Assembly: GCA_965223345.1 (NCBI GenBank)
Contig: CBDCWG010000012.1
Span: 64,001 to 128,000, forward strand
Direction of reading: 5' to 3'
Source: Nitrospinales bacterium
GTDB taxonomy: Bacteria > Nitrospinota > Nitrospinia > Nitrospinales > VA-1
DNA: 64,000 bases
Part shown: positions 11,120 through 20,492 of the stretch, one piece after another
Numbering within the stretch: position 1 is the first letter of the stretch
How the letters are laid out: each line of letters begins with the position of its first letter
The notes under the pieces: generated by a model
What the model was told of the DNA's origin: nothing
Databases searched by the model: none
The model's input: only the letters and a program-made list of their open reading frames with translations
Position numbers and translations under genes: made by a program

Positions 11120-12280
11120 TCACAAACCGGCCGATTCGTAGGAGTCGCTGACGTTTTTGATCCTCAGCTTGCGCCGAAACGCCGCGAATCCCTCGGAGGC
11201 TTTTTTGCTGAGGCGGGACCGGTACACGGGCTTGGCTGCAAGCCCGGCTTTCTCAGGCGGTTCGATGAAAAAAGCCGCATCCAGGGGGCTGACGGAGCGG
11301 CAGTTGGGATACAGCCACTTGAGGGGAATTTTCCGGGCGAGGACGGTCTGCTGCATGTGCCGCACCACTTCCTTCACCCGCCAGTAGTCCTTTCCGGTGT
11401 TCATGCTCGACGGCAAGAGCCGCAGTTGCGGAAGCACCCCGCGCTCGCAAATAAAATCGATGCGCTTTTTCACCATTTCCAGGGGGTCGGCGCCCAGAAC
11501 CAGTTCGGTCCACACGGTTCCCGGAGGAAAAATGCCCACGGCGTATTCGAGGGCGTCATGCACGCGGTGCTCGGGGTGGATGTCGCCTGTGGGATCGGAA
11601 CCGGCAAAGCCGCCGAGGGGAAAATCCAACAGGTCGATGCCGGATGCGTACATGAAATCGATGACCTGCTTGTCCTTGGGCGGAAAGCCCTTGAGCGCGA
11701 CAAACGTCTTGAATTTTTTCTTGATCGCCGCGACCACCGGCGCGAGCAGTTGAAAGCCGCGGTCCCGGTCCTGGGTGTCGTCCATGTTGAGCTGCAACAG
11801 ATCGGCGGCGCCCTCTTCGAACGCGGATTCCACCACGGAAAGGATGGTTTTGAGATCCATGCTGAGCCGGGCGCCTTTATCCATCGCGCGCAGAAACACG
11901 TTGAGGCAGTACCCGTCCAGGCAGATGTTCTCGGAGACCGGGGTGCGCTCGTTCATCTGTTTCTTCAAAAATTCCGGCAGCGGTACGACGCCGACCTCCT
12001 CGTCGCCGGGGTCCAGCACCAGCGCGTCCTTTTGCAGGGCGAGCCGGATGCGGCCGTTCTGCGGATCCTTGAGCCTCGCCTTGACGATGAAGTTTTCCGC
12101 CAGCGCCAGCGCGATCTCTTCTCCCGGCTGTCCGGGACACACGCCCGCCGCAACTTCGGGACGCGCGAGCAGTTCCTGCGGCAGCACCACGCCCTTCTGG
12201 ATCAGCTCCAGCTTCAACTGTCCGTAGGTTTTCACGGGGTTTTCCACCTGGATCCCCTGATTTGGATTGTGCGCGTTCAC
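11120..12280 (-). CDS. Radical-SAM-like protein lacking the CxxxCxxC cluster motif
   Basis: LKLELIQKG N-terminus, PP..IDFMYASGID, ALEYAVGIFPPGTV..LVLG and C-terminal RRKLRIKNVSDSYESAGL resemble a biotin-synthase-related radical SAM family; no CxxxCxxC present. Confidence 0.6.
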   Translation of the reverse strand: MNAHNPNQGIQVENPVKTYGQLKLELIQKGVVLPQELLARPEVAAGVCPGQPGEEIALALAENFIVKARLKDPQNGRIRLALQKDALVLDPGDEEVGVVPLPEFLKKQMNERTPVSENICLDGYCLNVFLRAMDKGARLSMDLKTILSVVESAFEEGAADLLQLNMDDTQDRDRGFQLLAPVVAAIKKKFKTFVALKGFPPKDKQVIDFMYASGIDLLDFPLGGFAGSDPTGDIHPEHRVHDALEYAVGIFPPGTVWTELVLGADPLEMVKKRIDFICERGVLPQLRLLPSSMNTGKDYWRVKEVVRHMQQTVLARKIPLKWLYPNCRSVSPLDAAFFIEPPEKAGLAAKPVYRSRLSKKASEGFAAFRRKLRIKNVSDSYESAGL

Positions 12281-12283
12281 ATT

Positions 12284-13690
12284 CTACAAACGGTTGAGCA
12301 GTTTTTGATGGATGCCCCCGAACCCGCCGGACGACATCACCAGCACCACGTCCTTGGGCCGGGCGTTTGAAACCACGTGCTCGACGATCGCCTCCACATC
12401 CGCGATGTGGTGGGCGTTGCCGCCCAACGCCCGGATGTCCGCCACCACCTTGTCCGGATCGAGCCGATCTTCAGGATCGATTTTTTCCGGTGCGAACAGA
12501 CCGGCGATCACGACGTCGTCGGCCGCGCGGAAACTTGCGGGGAACTGGTCCTGAAACACGTTGCGGCGCGAGGTGGCCGAACGCGGTTCGAACACCGCGA
12601 ACACGCGGCCGCCGGGATAGGCCTGTTTCACCGCTTCCAGCGTCAGGGCGATGGCCGTCGGGTGATGGGCGAAATCGTCGATCACCGCAACGCCGTTCTT
12701 TTCCCCCACGATCTCCTGCCGCCGCTTGATGCCGGAAAACCCGGCAAAGGCGGCGCACACTTTTTCAGCCGGCAACCCGAGCCGGATGGCGAGTGCGGCC
12801 ACGGCAACGGCGTTTTCGGCATTGTGTTTGCCCATCATGGGCAGCCGCACGGTTCCCATTTTGCGCCCCCGATGCACGAGATCGAAGCGGCCGATGCCCC
12901 CGTCCTGGCGGTAGTCCTTCGCGCACCAGTCGGCGTCCGGGGAAAACCCGTAACGCTCGACGGAACAGCGGGCTGGGTCCAGAACAGTGTCCGCATGAGG
13001 ATCTGGAGATCTTACCAGCAAAAAGCCCCCGGGGTCGATAATTTCTACGAATTTTCGAAACGACGATTTCATGTGGTCGAGGTCGCGGAAAATATCCGCA
13101 TGGTCGAACTCCACACCGGTCAGGATGGCGGCGTGCGGCCGGTAGTGCAGGAACTTGGACCCCTTGTCGAAAAAAGCGGTGTCGTATTCGTCGCCTTCGG
13201 TCACGAACACATCGCCTTGCGGGACGCGGTAATTGCGGTCGAAGTTTTTCAGCCAGCCGCCCACCATGAAGCCCGGTTTCGCGCCGCAGTCGTGCAGCAC
13301 CCAGGACAACAGCGAGGTGGTGGTGGTCTTTCCGTGCGTCCCGGCGACCACGAGCGATTTGCGTTCGCCGAGAAAAAACCGGTTCAGGGCTTCGGGAAAC
13401 GAGGTGTAGGGGATGTTCTGCTCCAGCACCGCCTGCACTTCCTCGTTGGTTTTGGAAACTGCGTTGCCGACGATGACGAGGTCGATGTCTCCGTTTATGT
13501 GCTCGCGTTTGAAACCGTTGTTGACGGGAATGGCGAGATCGGCGAGCAGGGTGCTCATGGGAGGGTAGACGTTGTTGTCGGAACCGGTGACGTCGTAGCC
13601 GGCTTCTTTCAACAGACCGGCGAGCGAGGCCATGCCGGTGCCGCAGATGGCGATGAGATAGATTTTACTGATGTCTTTTGCAGGCTTCAT
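12284..13690 (-). CDS. mpl: UDP-N-acetylmuramate:L-Ala-gamma-D-Glu-meso-DAP ligase (murein peptide ligase)
   Basis: ICGTGMASLA, YPPMS, GTHGKTTT, EGDEYDTAFFDK, DDFAHHPTA, FEPRS, MSSGGFGGIH. Confidence 0.95.
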   Translation of the reverse strand: MKPAKDISKIYLIAICGTGMASLAGLLKEAGYDVTGSDNNVYPPMSTLLADLAIPVNNGFKREHINGDIDLVIVGNAVSKTNEEVQAVLEQNIPYTSFPEALNRFFLGERKSLVVAGTHGKTTTTSLLSWVLHDCGAKPGFMVGGWLKNFDRNYRVPQGDVFVTEGDEYDTAFFDKGSKFLHYRPHAAILTGVEFDHADIFRDLDHMKSSFRKFVEIIDPGGFLLVRSPDPHADTVLDPARCSVERYGFSPDADWCAKDYRQDGGIGRFDLVHRGRKMGTVRLPMMGKHNAENAVAVAALAIRLGLPAEKVCAAFAGFSGIKRRQEIVGEKNGVAVIDDFAHHPTAIALTLEAVKQAYPGGRVFAVFEPRSATSRRNVFQDQFPASFRAADDVVIAGLFAPEKIDPEDRLDPDKVVADIRALGGNAHHIADVEAIVEHVVSNARPKDVVLVMSSGGFGGIHQKLLNRL

Positions 13691-13918
13691 CCGGTCGGGT
13701 GATTTTAGGTTCGGTGAGTTGCAATGTCAACCCGTCCAGCCCCTGGAGGGGAATTGGACAGGGTTACAGGATGAAAAGAGAAATTGGAGAAACCGCCGGT
13801 CCTTCCTGCGCGTGCAGGATTGCGCCGGGTGTCAACGCGACGATGCCAGGCAACAGCACGCAAAGGTGTTTCCAGTTCAGAATGGATTCAAACGGCTTTG
13901 CGTTCATAGCCCCTTTTC

Positions 13919-14563
13919 TCAATCGATGCGATCGAACAATTCGCCCAGATCGTCGATGACGAGGTCGGGTTTGAGGTCCAGCAGGGCCGCACGGTCGCCG
14001 AGGCCGTAGGTGACGGCGCAGGTGTGGACGCCGGCTTTTTTCCCGGTCTCGATGTCCAGCGCGCTGTCTCCCACCATGAGGACCTGCTCGGGCGCCACGT
14101 CGAAGCGGCGGAGCAGATGCTGGATGCCTTCGGGATCGGGTTTGCGCGTTGGGAACGTGTCACCGCCGATGACGGCTTGAAAAAAATGGTCACTGTTCAA
14201 ATGGACGAGGATCTTGCGCACGAAATCCTCGGGCTTGTTGGAGCAGATGGCCTGGGTCCTGGATGCGAACCGCTTGAGCACTTCGCGGCCGTTGGGGTAA
14301 AACCGGGTGTGGTCCATCAGGTGCTCGGCGTAATGCTTGCGGAACAGGGACACGGCGCGGTCGATGTCCGCAAAGCCGGTGCCGTTCAGGGCGCGGGTCA
14401 TGAGCATGGCGACGCCGCTGCCGACGCAGCGTTTGATGGTTTCGGTGTCCAGGCTGGCAAAGCCAAGCTCTTCGAGCGCCAGATTGACGGAAAGGGCGAT
14501 GTCTTTGAGAGTATCGACCAGGGTGCCGTCGAAATCGTAAACGATCAGGGCGATTTTCTTCAT
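13919..14563 (-). CDS. HAD-family hydrolase, phosphoglycolate phosphatase-like
   Basis: DFDGTLVD, SNKP, RKPDP, MVGDS. Confidence 0.9.
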   Translation of the reverse strand: MKKIALIVYDFDGTLVDTLKDIALSVNLALEELGFASLDTETIKRCVGSGVAMLMTRALNGTGFADIDRAVSLFRKHYAEHLMDHTRFYPNGREVLKRFASRTQAICSNKPEDFVRKILVHLNSDHFFQAVIGGDTFPTRKPDPEGIQHLLRRFDVAPEQVLMVGDSALDIETGKKAGVHTCAVTYGLGDRAALLDLKPDLVIDDLGELFDRID

Positions 14564-14720
14564 CCGTACGGTACAGGGGCCAGCGGGTTGAATTGCGGTC
14601 GGAGACCGAATCGATGTCCTCCCGCACGTCCTTGTGGGCAGCGCGCCTCATGGTACCGCGTCCCGGATTTTCGGACAACCCGACGGCGACGCCGGGCCGG
14701 ATTACTATTTCAGGAAAGGG

Positions 14721-15032
14721 TCATTCGTCGAGGCTGGAGGTGAAGCGGTACGCTTTGACGATGTTGTTCTCATCGAACAGGATCACAAGGTCTTTGGACT
14801 GGGTGTCGGAAAACGCATTCCACTGGTCGTACTGGTAGGTCCACATGACGTGTTCGTTTTCCAGGCCTTCCTTGAACGGAATGCCAAACCAGTCGAGCAC
14901 CTCGGACTGGGTGGTCACGTTTTTCTGGATGTTCTGCACCTTGTCGCTTTCAAAGTCTTTTCCCACGGTGCCGCATCCGGTTATCCATAAAATAAGGGCA
15001 AGGGCCGACAGACTGACCGTGAATCGTTTCAT
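14721..15032 (-). CDS. BamE/SmpA-OmlA-like lipoprotein
   Basis: Lipobox ITGC; G.DF....V..I....TTQSEV...FG.P; WTY; good RBS (AAAGGAGG). Confidence 0.75.
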   Translation of the reverse strand: MKRFTVSLSALALILWITGCGTVGKDFESDKVQNIQKNVTTQSEVLDWFGIPFKEGLENEHVMWTYQYDQWNAFSDTQSKDLVILFDENNIVKAYRFTSSLDE

Positions 15033-15284
15033 TGTGACCTCCTTTCAATGCATCGCTGTTCGGGCTCCGGCATACCATCCAGACAGATCTGCGATTAGGT
15101 GTGGGTTTTCAACGATATCGGATCGGCGAAACAAAGTCTACCAAAAACGGCTTAAAAAGTATAATCTTAACGCGGCAAAAAACCGAAAAGTCTTTAAACT
15201 TCAAAGGATAATTTTTTCATGGGTTTCACACGGCTAAACTACGCGCGACTTTCAGGGCGTTCCCGCCGGTTTCCGGCTTTGCAA

Positions 15285-16337
15285 ATGAAATTTCCTCGCC
15301 CCGCACACGGTCTGCGCGGGCTTTTTTTATGGATGACGGGGACCGCCCTGAGTTTGTCCGCCTGCGTGCTCCCGCCGCAGGAATCCTCCCGCAACGGCGC
15401 CGGGGGCCGCGATGCGTTCGTGCCGGACGGCTACGTGGAAACCTCGCCGCTTCTGGGGCCCAAGGGATACCTGATCAAGTCCATCGCCCGGGATGTGTAT
15501 TTTTTTTCCACCGGCGTTTACAACACGATGTTCGTCGCCACGTCGGAAGGGGTCATCCTGATCGATCCGATCCGCGGCCAGGGCGAAGCGTTGAAAAAGG
15601 CGATCCGGGAAACCACCGACATGCCGGTGAAGTTTCTGATCTACTCGCACGCGCATCTGGACCACATCGGCGACGCCTATCTGTTTTCCAAGGACGCGCA
15701 GATCGTCGCGCAGAAAGAGACCACCGAACTCCTCAAGTTGTACAAGGACCCGTACCGCCCGGTGCCCAACATCAGTTTCGGTGAAAATTACAGCCTGTCA
15801 CTGGGGGGAATCCAGGTCGATCTGGCCTATCCGGGCGAAGGGCACGGCAAGGGCAACATCCTCATCCACCTGCCGCAACGCAAGGTGCTGATGTACGTGG
15901 ATGTGGCCACGCCGCGGGCGGTGCCGTTCAAAAATTTCACCACGGTGGACATCTACCGCCAGATCAAGGGCATCGAACGCGCGCTGGCGCTCGATTTCAC
16001 GGTGTACGTCGCCGGGCATTTGCACCGCCCCGGCAGCATGGAGGAGATGCAGGAAGTGCTGGATTATTATTACGCGTCCAAACGGGCAAACGCCGCGGCG
16101 CTGAAAAAGGTGAGCTTTGAGTCTGTGCGCGCCCGCTCGAAAACCCGGGACGTGAAGCGTCAGTTCGGGGAATATTACGACGCGGTGGCGGAGACCTGTT
16201 ACCGGATCCTGAAAAAGGACTGGGGCGAACGCTTGATGGGCTTCGAGGCGTTCGCGCGCGGCCACTGCGACGTCTGGACCGCATACCACCGTACCCAGGT
16301 GGCCCCGCCTGCGGCGGTCAAAGCGAACTCAAACTAA
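15285..16337 (+). CDS. Lipoprotein metallo-beta-lactamase-fold hydrolase
   Basis: Lipobox LSAC; YSHAHLDHIG (HxHxDH), GH, D and GH motifs. Start uncertain (15219 or 15285). Confidence 0.85.
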   Translation: MKFPRPAHGLRGLFLWMTGTALSLSACVLPPQESSRNGAGGRDAFVPDGYVETSPLLGPKGYLIKSIARDVYFFSTGVYNTMFVATSEGVILIDPIRGQGEALKKAIRETTDMPVKFLIYSHAHLDHIGDAYLFSKDAQIVAQKETTELLKLYKDPYRPVPNISFGENYSLSLGGIQVDLAYPGEGHGKGNILIHLPQRKVLMYVDVATPRAVPFKNFTTVDIYRQIKGIERALALDFTVYVAGHLHRPGSMEEMQEVLDYYYASKRANAAALKKVSFESVRARSKTRDVKRQFGEYYDAVAETCYRILKKDWGERLMGFEAFARGHCDVWTAYHRTQVAPPAAVKANSN

Positions 16338-17359
16338 AATCCGATTCCGTTGTTGCCTTCCAGTTCCTCGTACGCGCTCAGGATCTGGGACACATCGTTG
16401 TGCGCGTGCACGGGCATGCGTCCCCCCAGGTGGGTCACCACCTGCGCGGCGCAGTAGGACCCGAGGATCGCCGATTCTTCGAGTGTGTGTTTCTGGATGA
16501 TTCCGTGCAGGGCTCCCGCCGCGAACAGGTCGCCGGCGCCGGTGGTGTCCACAGGCGTCACCGGGAACGTGCGCACGGGGATTTTTTCGTGTTGTCCGTT
16601 CCCCACCCAGGAACCGTTACCGCCCCGTGTCATGAACACGGTTTCCGCCATGCCTTTGAGTTTTTTGAAGGCCACTTCCAGGTCGTCCGTTTCGGCGATC
16701 GCCACCGATTCCGGTTCGTTGCAGAACAGGATGTCCACGTTCCAGCGGATGAAATCGATGAGGCCTTCCTTGAAGGCGTTGACGACGAACGCGTCGCTGA
16801 GCGTGAAGGCCACCGGGATGCCGTTCTTCTTTGCGATCTCGGCCATCTTCAACGCGGCTTCGCGGGTCTCGTCGCCGGTCCACAGATAGCCCTCGATGTA
16901 CACCACCTGAGCGTTTTTCACGATGGTCGCGTCCACGTTCTCGGGATGCAGGTTGGAGGACACGCCGAGATGGGTGAGCATGGTGCGCTCGGAATCGGGG
17001 GTGATGAGCACGATGCAGGTGCCCGTGCCGTTGGTTTCGGCACTGGGGCCGGGGAAACCGACGCCGCACACCTGCATGTCCTGCGTGTAATGACGGCCGT
17101 AATCGTCGTCGGCGACGCGGCCCAGATAGTAGGTCGCGGAACCCAGCACCTTGGCTCCGTGCACGGTGTTGGCGGCGGAACCGCCGGAGGCGACTTTCTG
17201 CGAGCTTCCTGCGAGGCTGTTCAGCACTTCCTGCTGTTGCTCGGAAGTGTAGAGCGTCATGCCTCCCTTGGTCAGTTGGTTATTTTCAATGAACGCGTCT
17301 TCGACACGGATTTCGATGTCCACCAACGCGTTGCCGATTCCCACCAGATCGTAGTTCAT
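16334..17359 (-). CDS. PfkB-family carbohydrate/adenosine kinase
   Basis: GIGNALVD, SGGSAANT, ERTMLTHLG, IEGYLW, DTTGAGD. Confidence 0.92.
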   Translation of the reverse strand: MNYDLVGIGNALVDIEIRVEDAFIENNQLTKGGMTLYTSEQQQEVLNSLAGSSQKVASGGSAANTVHGAKVLGSATYYLGRVADDDYGRHYTQDMQVCGVGFPGPSAETNGTGTCIVLITPDSERTMLTHLGVSSNLHPENVDATIVKNAQVVYIEGYLWTGDETREAALKMAEIAKKNGIPVAFTLSDAFVVNAFKEGLIDFIRWNVDILFCNEPESVAIAETDDLEVAFKKLKGMAETVFMTRGGNGSWVGNGQHEKIPVRTFPVTPVDTTGAGDLFAAGALHGIIQKHTLEESAILGSYCAAQVVTHLGGRMPVHAHNDVSQILSAYEELEGNNGIGF

Positions 17360-17399
17360 AACTATTTGTTCTTAAGAAAAGGGTTGCGATGCAGGAAGG

Positions 17400-17936
17400 T
17401 CAAGCCGAACCGCCGGACGGGTCTTCCTGAGGGCGAGACACAAACATTCTGTATACCAGCATCCCGAACACGGCCAGTGCCGAGAGAAAAAACGCCGCAC
17501 CGGAAACCTGCGCTATCAGTCCCACGGCCTCCTTGGCGGCGCCGGTGGACCCCATTCCGGGAGCGATGGCGCCGGCCAGCAGCCAGAAAAACCCGTAGCC
17601 GAGGCTGCCCAGGCCGCCGAGGATCGAGACGACCATCTGGAAACGCGCGGGAAACTTCAACCAGGCGATCAACAGGGCAAACGCGATGGCGATCACGCCC
17701 ATGGTCTGCGAATGCAGGTGAGCCCGTTTCATGTAGACCCAGGCTTTTTTCGCGACCGCGTCGGCTTTTTCCTGCGCGCCGCCGTATTTCTCATTGAGCA
17801 CCTCCGCGGCGCTGGACTTGAACGAACCTTTGATGCTGTCCTCGCAGCAGCCGAAGGAAAGACCCATCAAGCCGCCGAACAGGATGGCGATGATGGAAAT
17901 CAGGACGCCGTATTTGATGTGCGTGAAGTCGAGCAT
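17400..17936 (-). CDS. Hypothetical 4-TM membrane protein with RAHLH motif
   Basis: Four hydrophobic segments; KRAHLHSQTMG; RBS AAAGGAG. Confidence 0.75.
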   Translation of the reverse strand: MLDFTHIKYGVLISIIAILFGGLMGLSFGCCEDSIKGSFKSSAAEVLNEKYGGAQEKADAVAKKAWVYMKRAHLHSQTMGVIAIAFALLIAWLKFPARFQMVVSILGGLGSLGYGFFWLLAGAIAPGMGSTGAAKEAVGLIAQVSGAAFFLSALAVFGMLVYRMFVSRPQEDPSGGSA

Positions 17937-18093
17937 GGGATGTCTCCTTTAGCAATTCCAAAAGGAATTTTTTTCATGAATCCGCGACGGCTGTGTGTTC
18001 GACCGATGCCGCGTCCCGCCATTTTGCTCCCGCTTTGCTTGCCGATTATTTGGTGTTTGTATTCTTTAGCGTTAGCCTGTAAAATTTCATAGC

Positions 18094-19587
18094 ATGAATG
18101 AGGTCATCCTCAAGCTAAAATCTCGCCTCACTTTCGCACTCTGCGCCGCTTTCCTTTCCATTTCCTCTCCCGGCTTTGCGGATCCGGAATCCTTTGCGAA
18201 AGCCCTCGATGCCATTCTCGACAACCCCTGCCTGAAAAAAAACCGTTACGGGATCGAGATCTACTCGCTGGACCGGGAAGAGATCCTCTATGAAACACGC
18301 AAGGACGAACTGTTCATTCCCGCATCGAATCTGAAGCTCATCACCACCGCCGTCGCGCTCAAACACCTGGGCCCGGATTACCGTTTCCCCACCCGCCTGT
18401 ACACGACGGGAAGGCTGGACGGCGACACCCTGTTCGGGGACCTCTATATTAAAGGCTACGGGGATCCCAAGTTCGTCACCGAGCAGATGTGGCTGCTGGT
18501 CACCGAGCTGGAAAACCTGCCGATCCGTAAAATCGTGGGAAACATCCTCGCCGACGCGACCTATTTCGATCCGGTGTCCCGCGTCAAAACCTGGAGCACG
18601 GTATCCGGCCCCGAGGCCTACAACGCGCCTCTGGGGGCGCTGTCGTTCAACTTCAACACCGTCACCGTCTATGTTACTGCGGGAAAAACACCGGGGGGAA
18701 AACCCCTGGTCATCCTGGAACCGGAGACCGACTACGTCAAACTGGGCAATCACGCGGAAACGCTGCCTCCGAGAAAGCGCGGCCGCCTGGTGGTCAACCG
18801 GGTGAACCGTGGAAGCTACGACGAAGTCATCGTGCGCGGCGGAATCCGCTCCAATCTAGCGCGATCGAAATACTATGTCAACATCAGCGACCCCACCGTG
18901 TACACGGTGAACGTGTTCCGGGAATACCTGACGCGCGCCGGCATCGAAGTGGTCGGCGACATCGGACAGGCCCCGGTGCCGGCGAAAGCGCGCCTGCTGC
19001 TCAAGCACGAATCGGAGCCGTTGTCGCTGGCGCTGCGCGGCCTGAACAAGTTCAGCAACAACTTCGTCGCGGAACAGATTTTAAAAACCATGGGAGCCAG
19101 ACGGTTCGGTGCGCCCGGAACGACGGAAAAAGGCATCCGCATCATCGACGAATACATGGGGGAGCTGGGCTACGCGCCGGAGGATTACACGATCCTCGAC
19201 GGTTCGGGCCTGTCGCGGAACAGCCGCCTGTCGCCGGAGCAGATCATCAAGGTTCTCGACGACGTGCGCAAAGATCTGGGCGTGTATCCGGAGTTTATTT
19301 CCGCGCTCGGGGTGATGGGGGTGGACGGCAACGTGAAAAAGCGCATGAACGGCGTGAAGGGCTCGCAGAAAGCGCGTGTGAAAACGGGGACCCTGAACGG
19401 GGTGAGCGCGCTCTCGGGTTATTTCCAGTCGCGCGACGGTGAGAAATTCGCGTTCTCCATCCTCATGAACGATCTGACCTGCGGCAACGGCCGGGCTCTG
19501 CGGCTGCAGGACCGCATCCTGCGCGAGGGGTTGAATTTTGTGCGGGGTGACGACGAGGAAGAGGAAGCGGAACCCGACGGTTCCTGA
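18094..19587 (+). CDS. dacB: D-Ala-D-Ala carboxypeptidase/endopeptidase (PBP4, peptidase S13)
   Basis: Signal peptide; PASNLK (SxxK), SNN, DGSGLSR, KTGTL. Confidence 0.95.
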   Translation: MNEVILKLKSRLTFALCAAFLSISSPGFADPESFAKALDAILDNPCLKKNRYGIEIYSLDREEILYETRKDELFIPASNLKLITTAVALKHLGPDYRFPTRLYTTGRLDGDTLFGDLYIKGYGDPKFVTEQMWLLVTELENLPIRKIVGNILADATYFDPVSRVKTWSTVSGPEAYNAPLGALSFNFNTVTVYVTAGKTPGGKPLVILEPETDYVKLGNHAETLPPRKRGRLVVNRVNRGSYDEVIVRGGIRSNLARSKYYVNISDPTVYTVNVFREYLTRAGIEVVGDIGQAPVPAKARLLLKHESEPLSLALRGLNKFSNNFVAEQILKTMGARRFGAPGTTEKGIRIIDEYMGELGYAPEDYTILDGSGLSRNSRLSPEQIIKVLDDVRKDLGVYPEFISALGVMGVDGNVKKRMNGVKGSQKARVKTGTLNGVSALSGYFQSRDGEKFAFSILMNDLTCGNGRALRLQDRILREGLNFVRGDDEEEEAEPDGS

Positions 19588-19599
19588 ATCCGCTTTGCA

Positions 19600-20397
19600 T
19601 CAATAGCCGAAAATCTTCCGGTTCTCCTTGCGGTCTTCTTCCAGAATTTTCTTCCAGTCCCGTTTCACATACGGGGAATCCAAATAATCCTGATAGATCG
19701 ACTTGGCCAGTTCGATCCGGTCCACGCCTTCGGGCGCCACCTGGATGTCGAGCTGGGCCAGCGCCATGTCGAAATCCCGATCCAGCAGAGAGCCTGCGTC
19801 CATGCCGTATTCCTGCAGCGCCTGCTTGATGGTTCCCGGATCTTTCTGAAAGCGGTTCGCCACTTCGTTGATGTTGGACGGTTTGTAATTTTTTGCGGGA
19901 CCGATTCCCAGATGGTACGCGCAGAACAACTCGAACGGATCCAGGCCGGCGAACAGCTTGGTGGGCGCCTGGCCCTTGCCTTGTGGCGCGGAGGCGGCGG
20001 ATTTCGGTGCGCTGCGCTGCATCGGGCCGCCCCTGCCCTCTTTTCCCGGATTGCGGTTTCTCGCCTGCGGATTGGTTCCGTTTCTTTGCGAACGGTCCTG
20101 CGTATTGCGGTTCCGGCCGCCGTTTTTCCCGGAACCGGAGTTGTCGTTTTTGCCTGAGTTCTTTTTACCGGAACGGTCGCGCTTGTTGATGATGGGGATG
20201 TGCGAGGTGAGGGTCTGCGATGTCGGCGACATCCACTGCTCCACCGCACGGGCGTGGTTCTCCTTGGCCGAGTTGCCGCGGCCGCGGGAAGGGTTGCCGC
20301 GGTTGGAGGTAGCTTTGGAAGACCGGCCCTGGTTGTTGCGGCCGTGTCCATCACGGGATCGGTTGCCGGGGCGCCGTGAATTGCTTGAGTTTTTCAA
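19600..20397 (-). CDS. Hypothetical protein: basic R/N/G/S-rich disordered N-terminus plus ~110-aa helical C-terminal domain
   Basis: TTG start preceded by AAAGGAAAGG; C-terminal DPFELFCAYHLGI...VANRF...IKQALQEYGMD. Confidence 0.75.
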   Translation of the reverse strand: MKNSSNSRRPGNRSRDGHGRNNQGRSSKATSNRGNPSRGRGNSAKENHARAVEQWMSPTSQTLTSHIPIINKRDRSGKKNSGKNDNSGSGKNGGRNRNTQDRSQRNGTNPQARNRNPGKEGRGGPMQRSAPKSAASAPQGKGQAPTKLFAGLDPFELFCAYHLGIGPAKNYKPSNINEVANRFQKDPGTIKQALQEYGMDAGSLLDRDFDMALAQLDIQVAPEGVDRIELAKSIYQDYLDSPYVKRDWKKILEEDRKENRKIFGY

Positions 20398-20492
20398 GAT
20401 GCCTTTCCTTTTTTGTATGAAGCGTTGGTTGGGGCCGGCCGATCCCGCCTGATTCCATTTTGTTCAATCATCGGTCAACCATGGTCGGGTTT

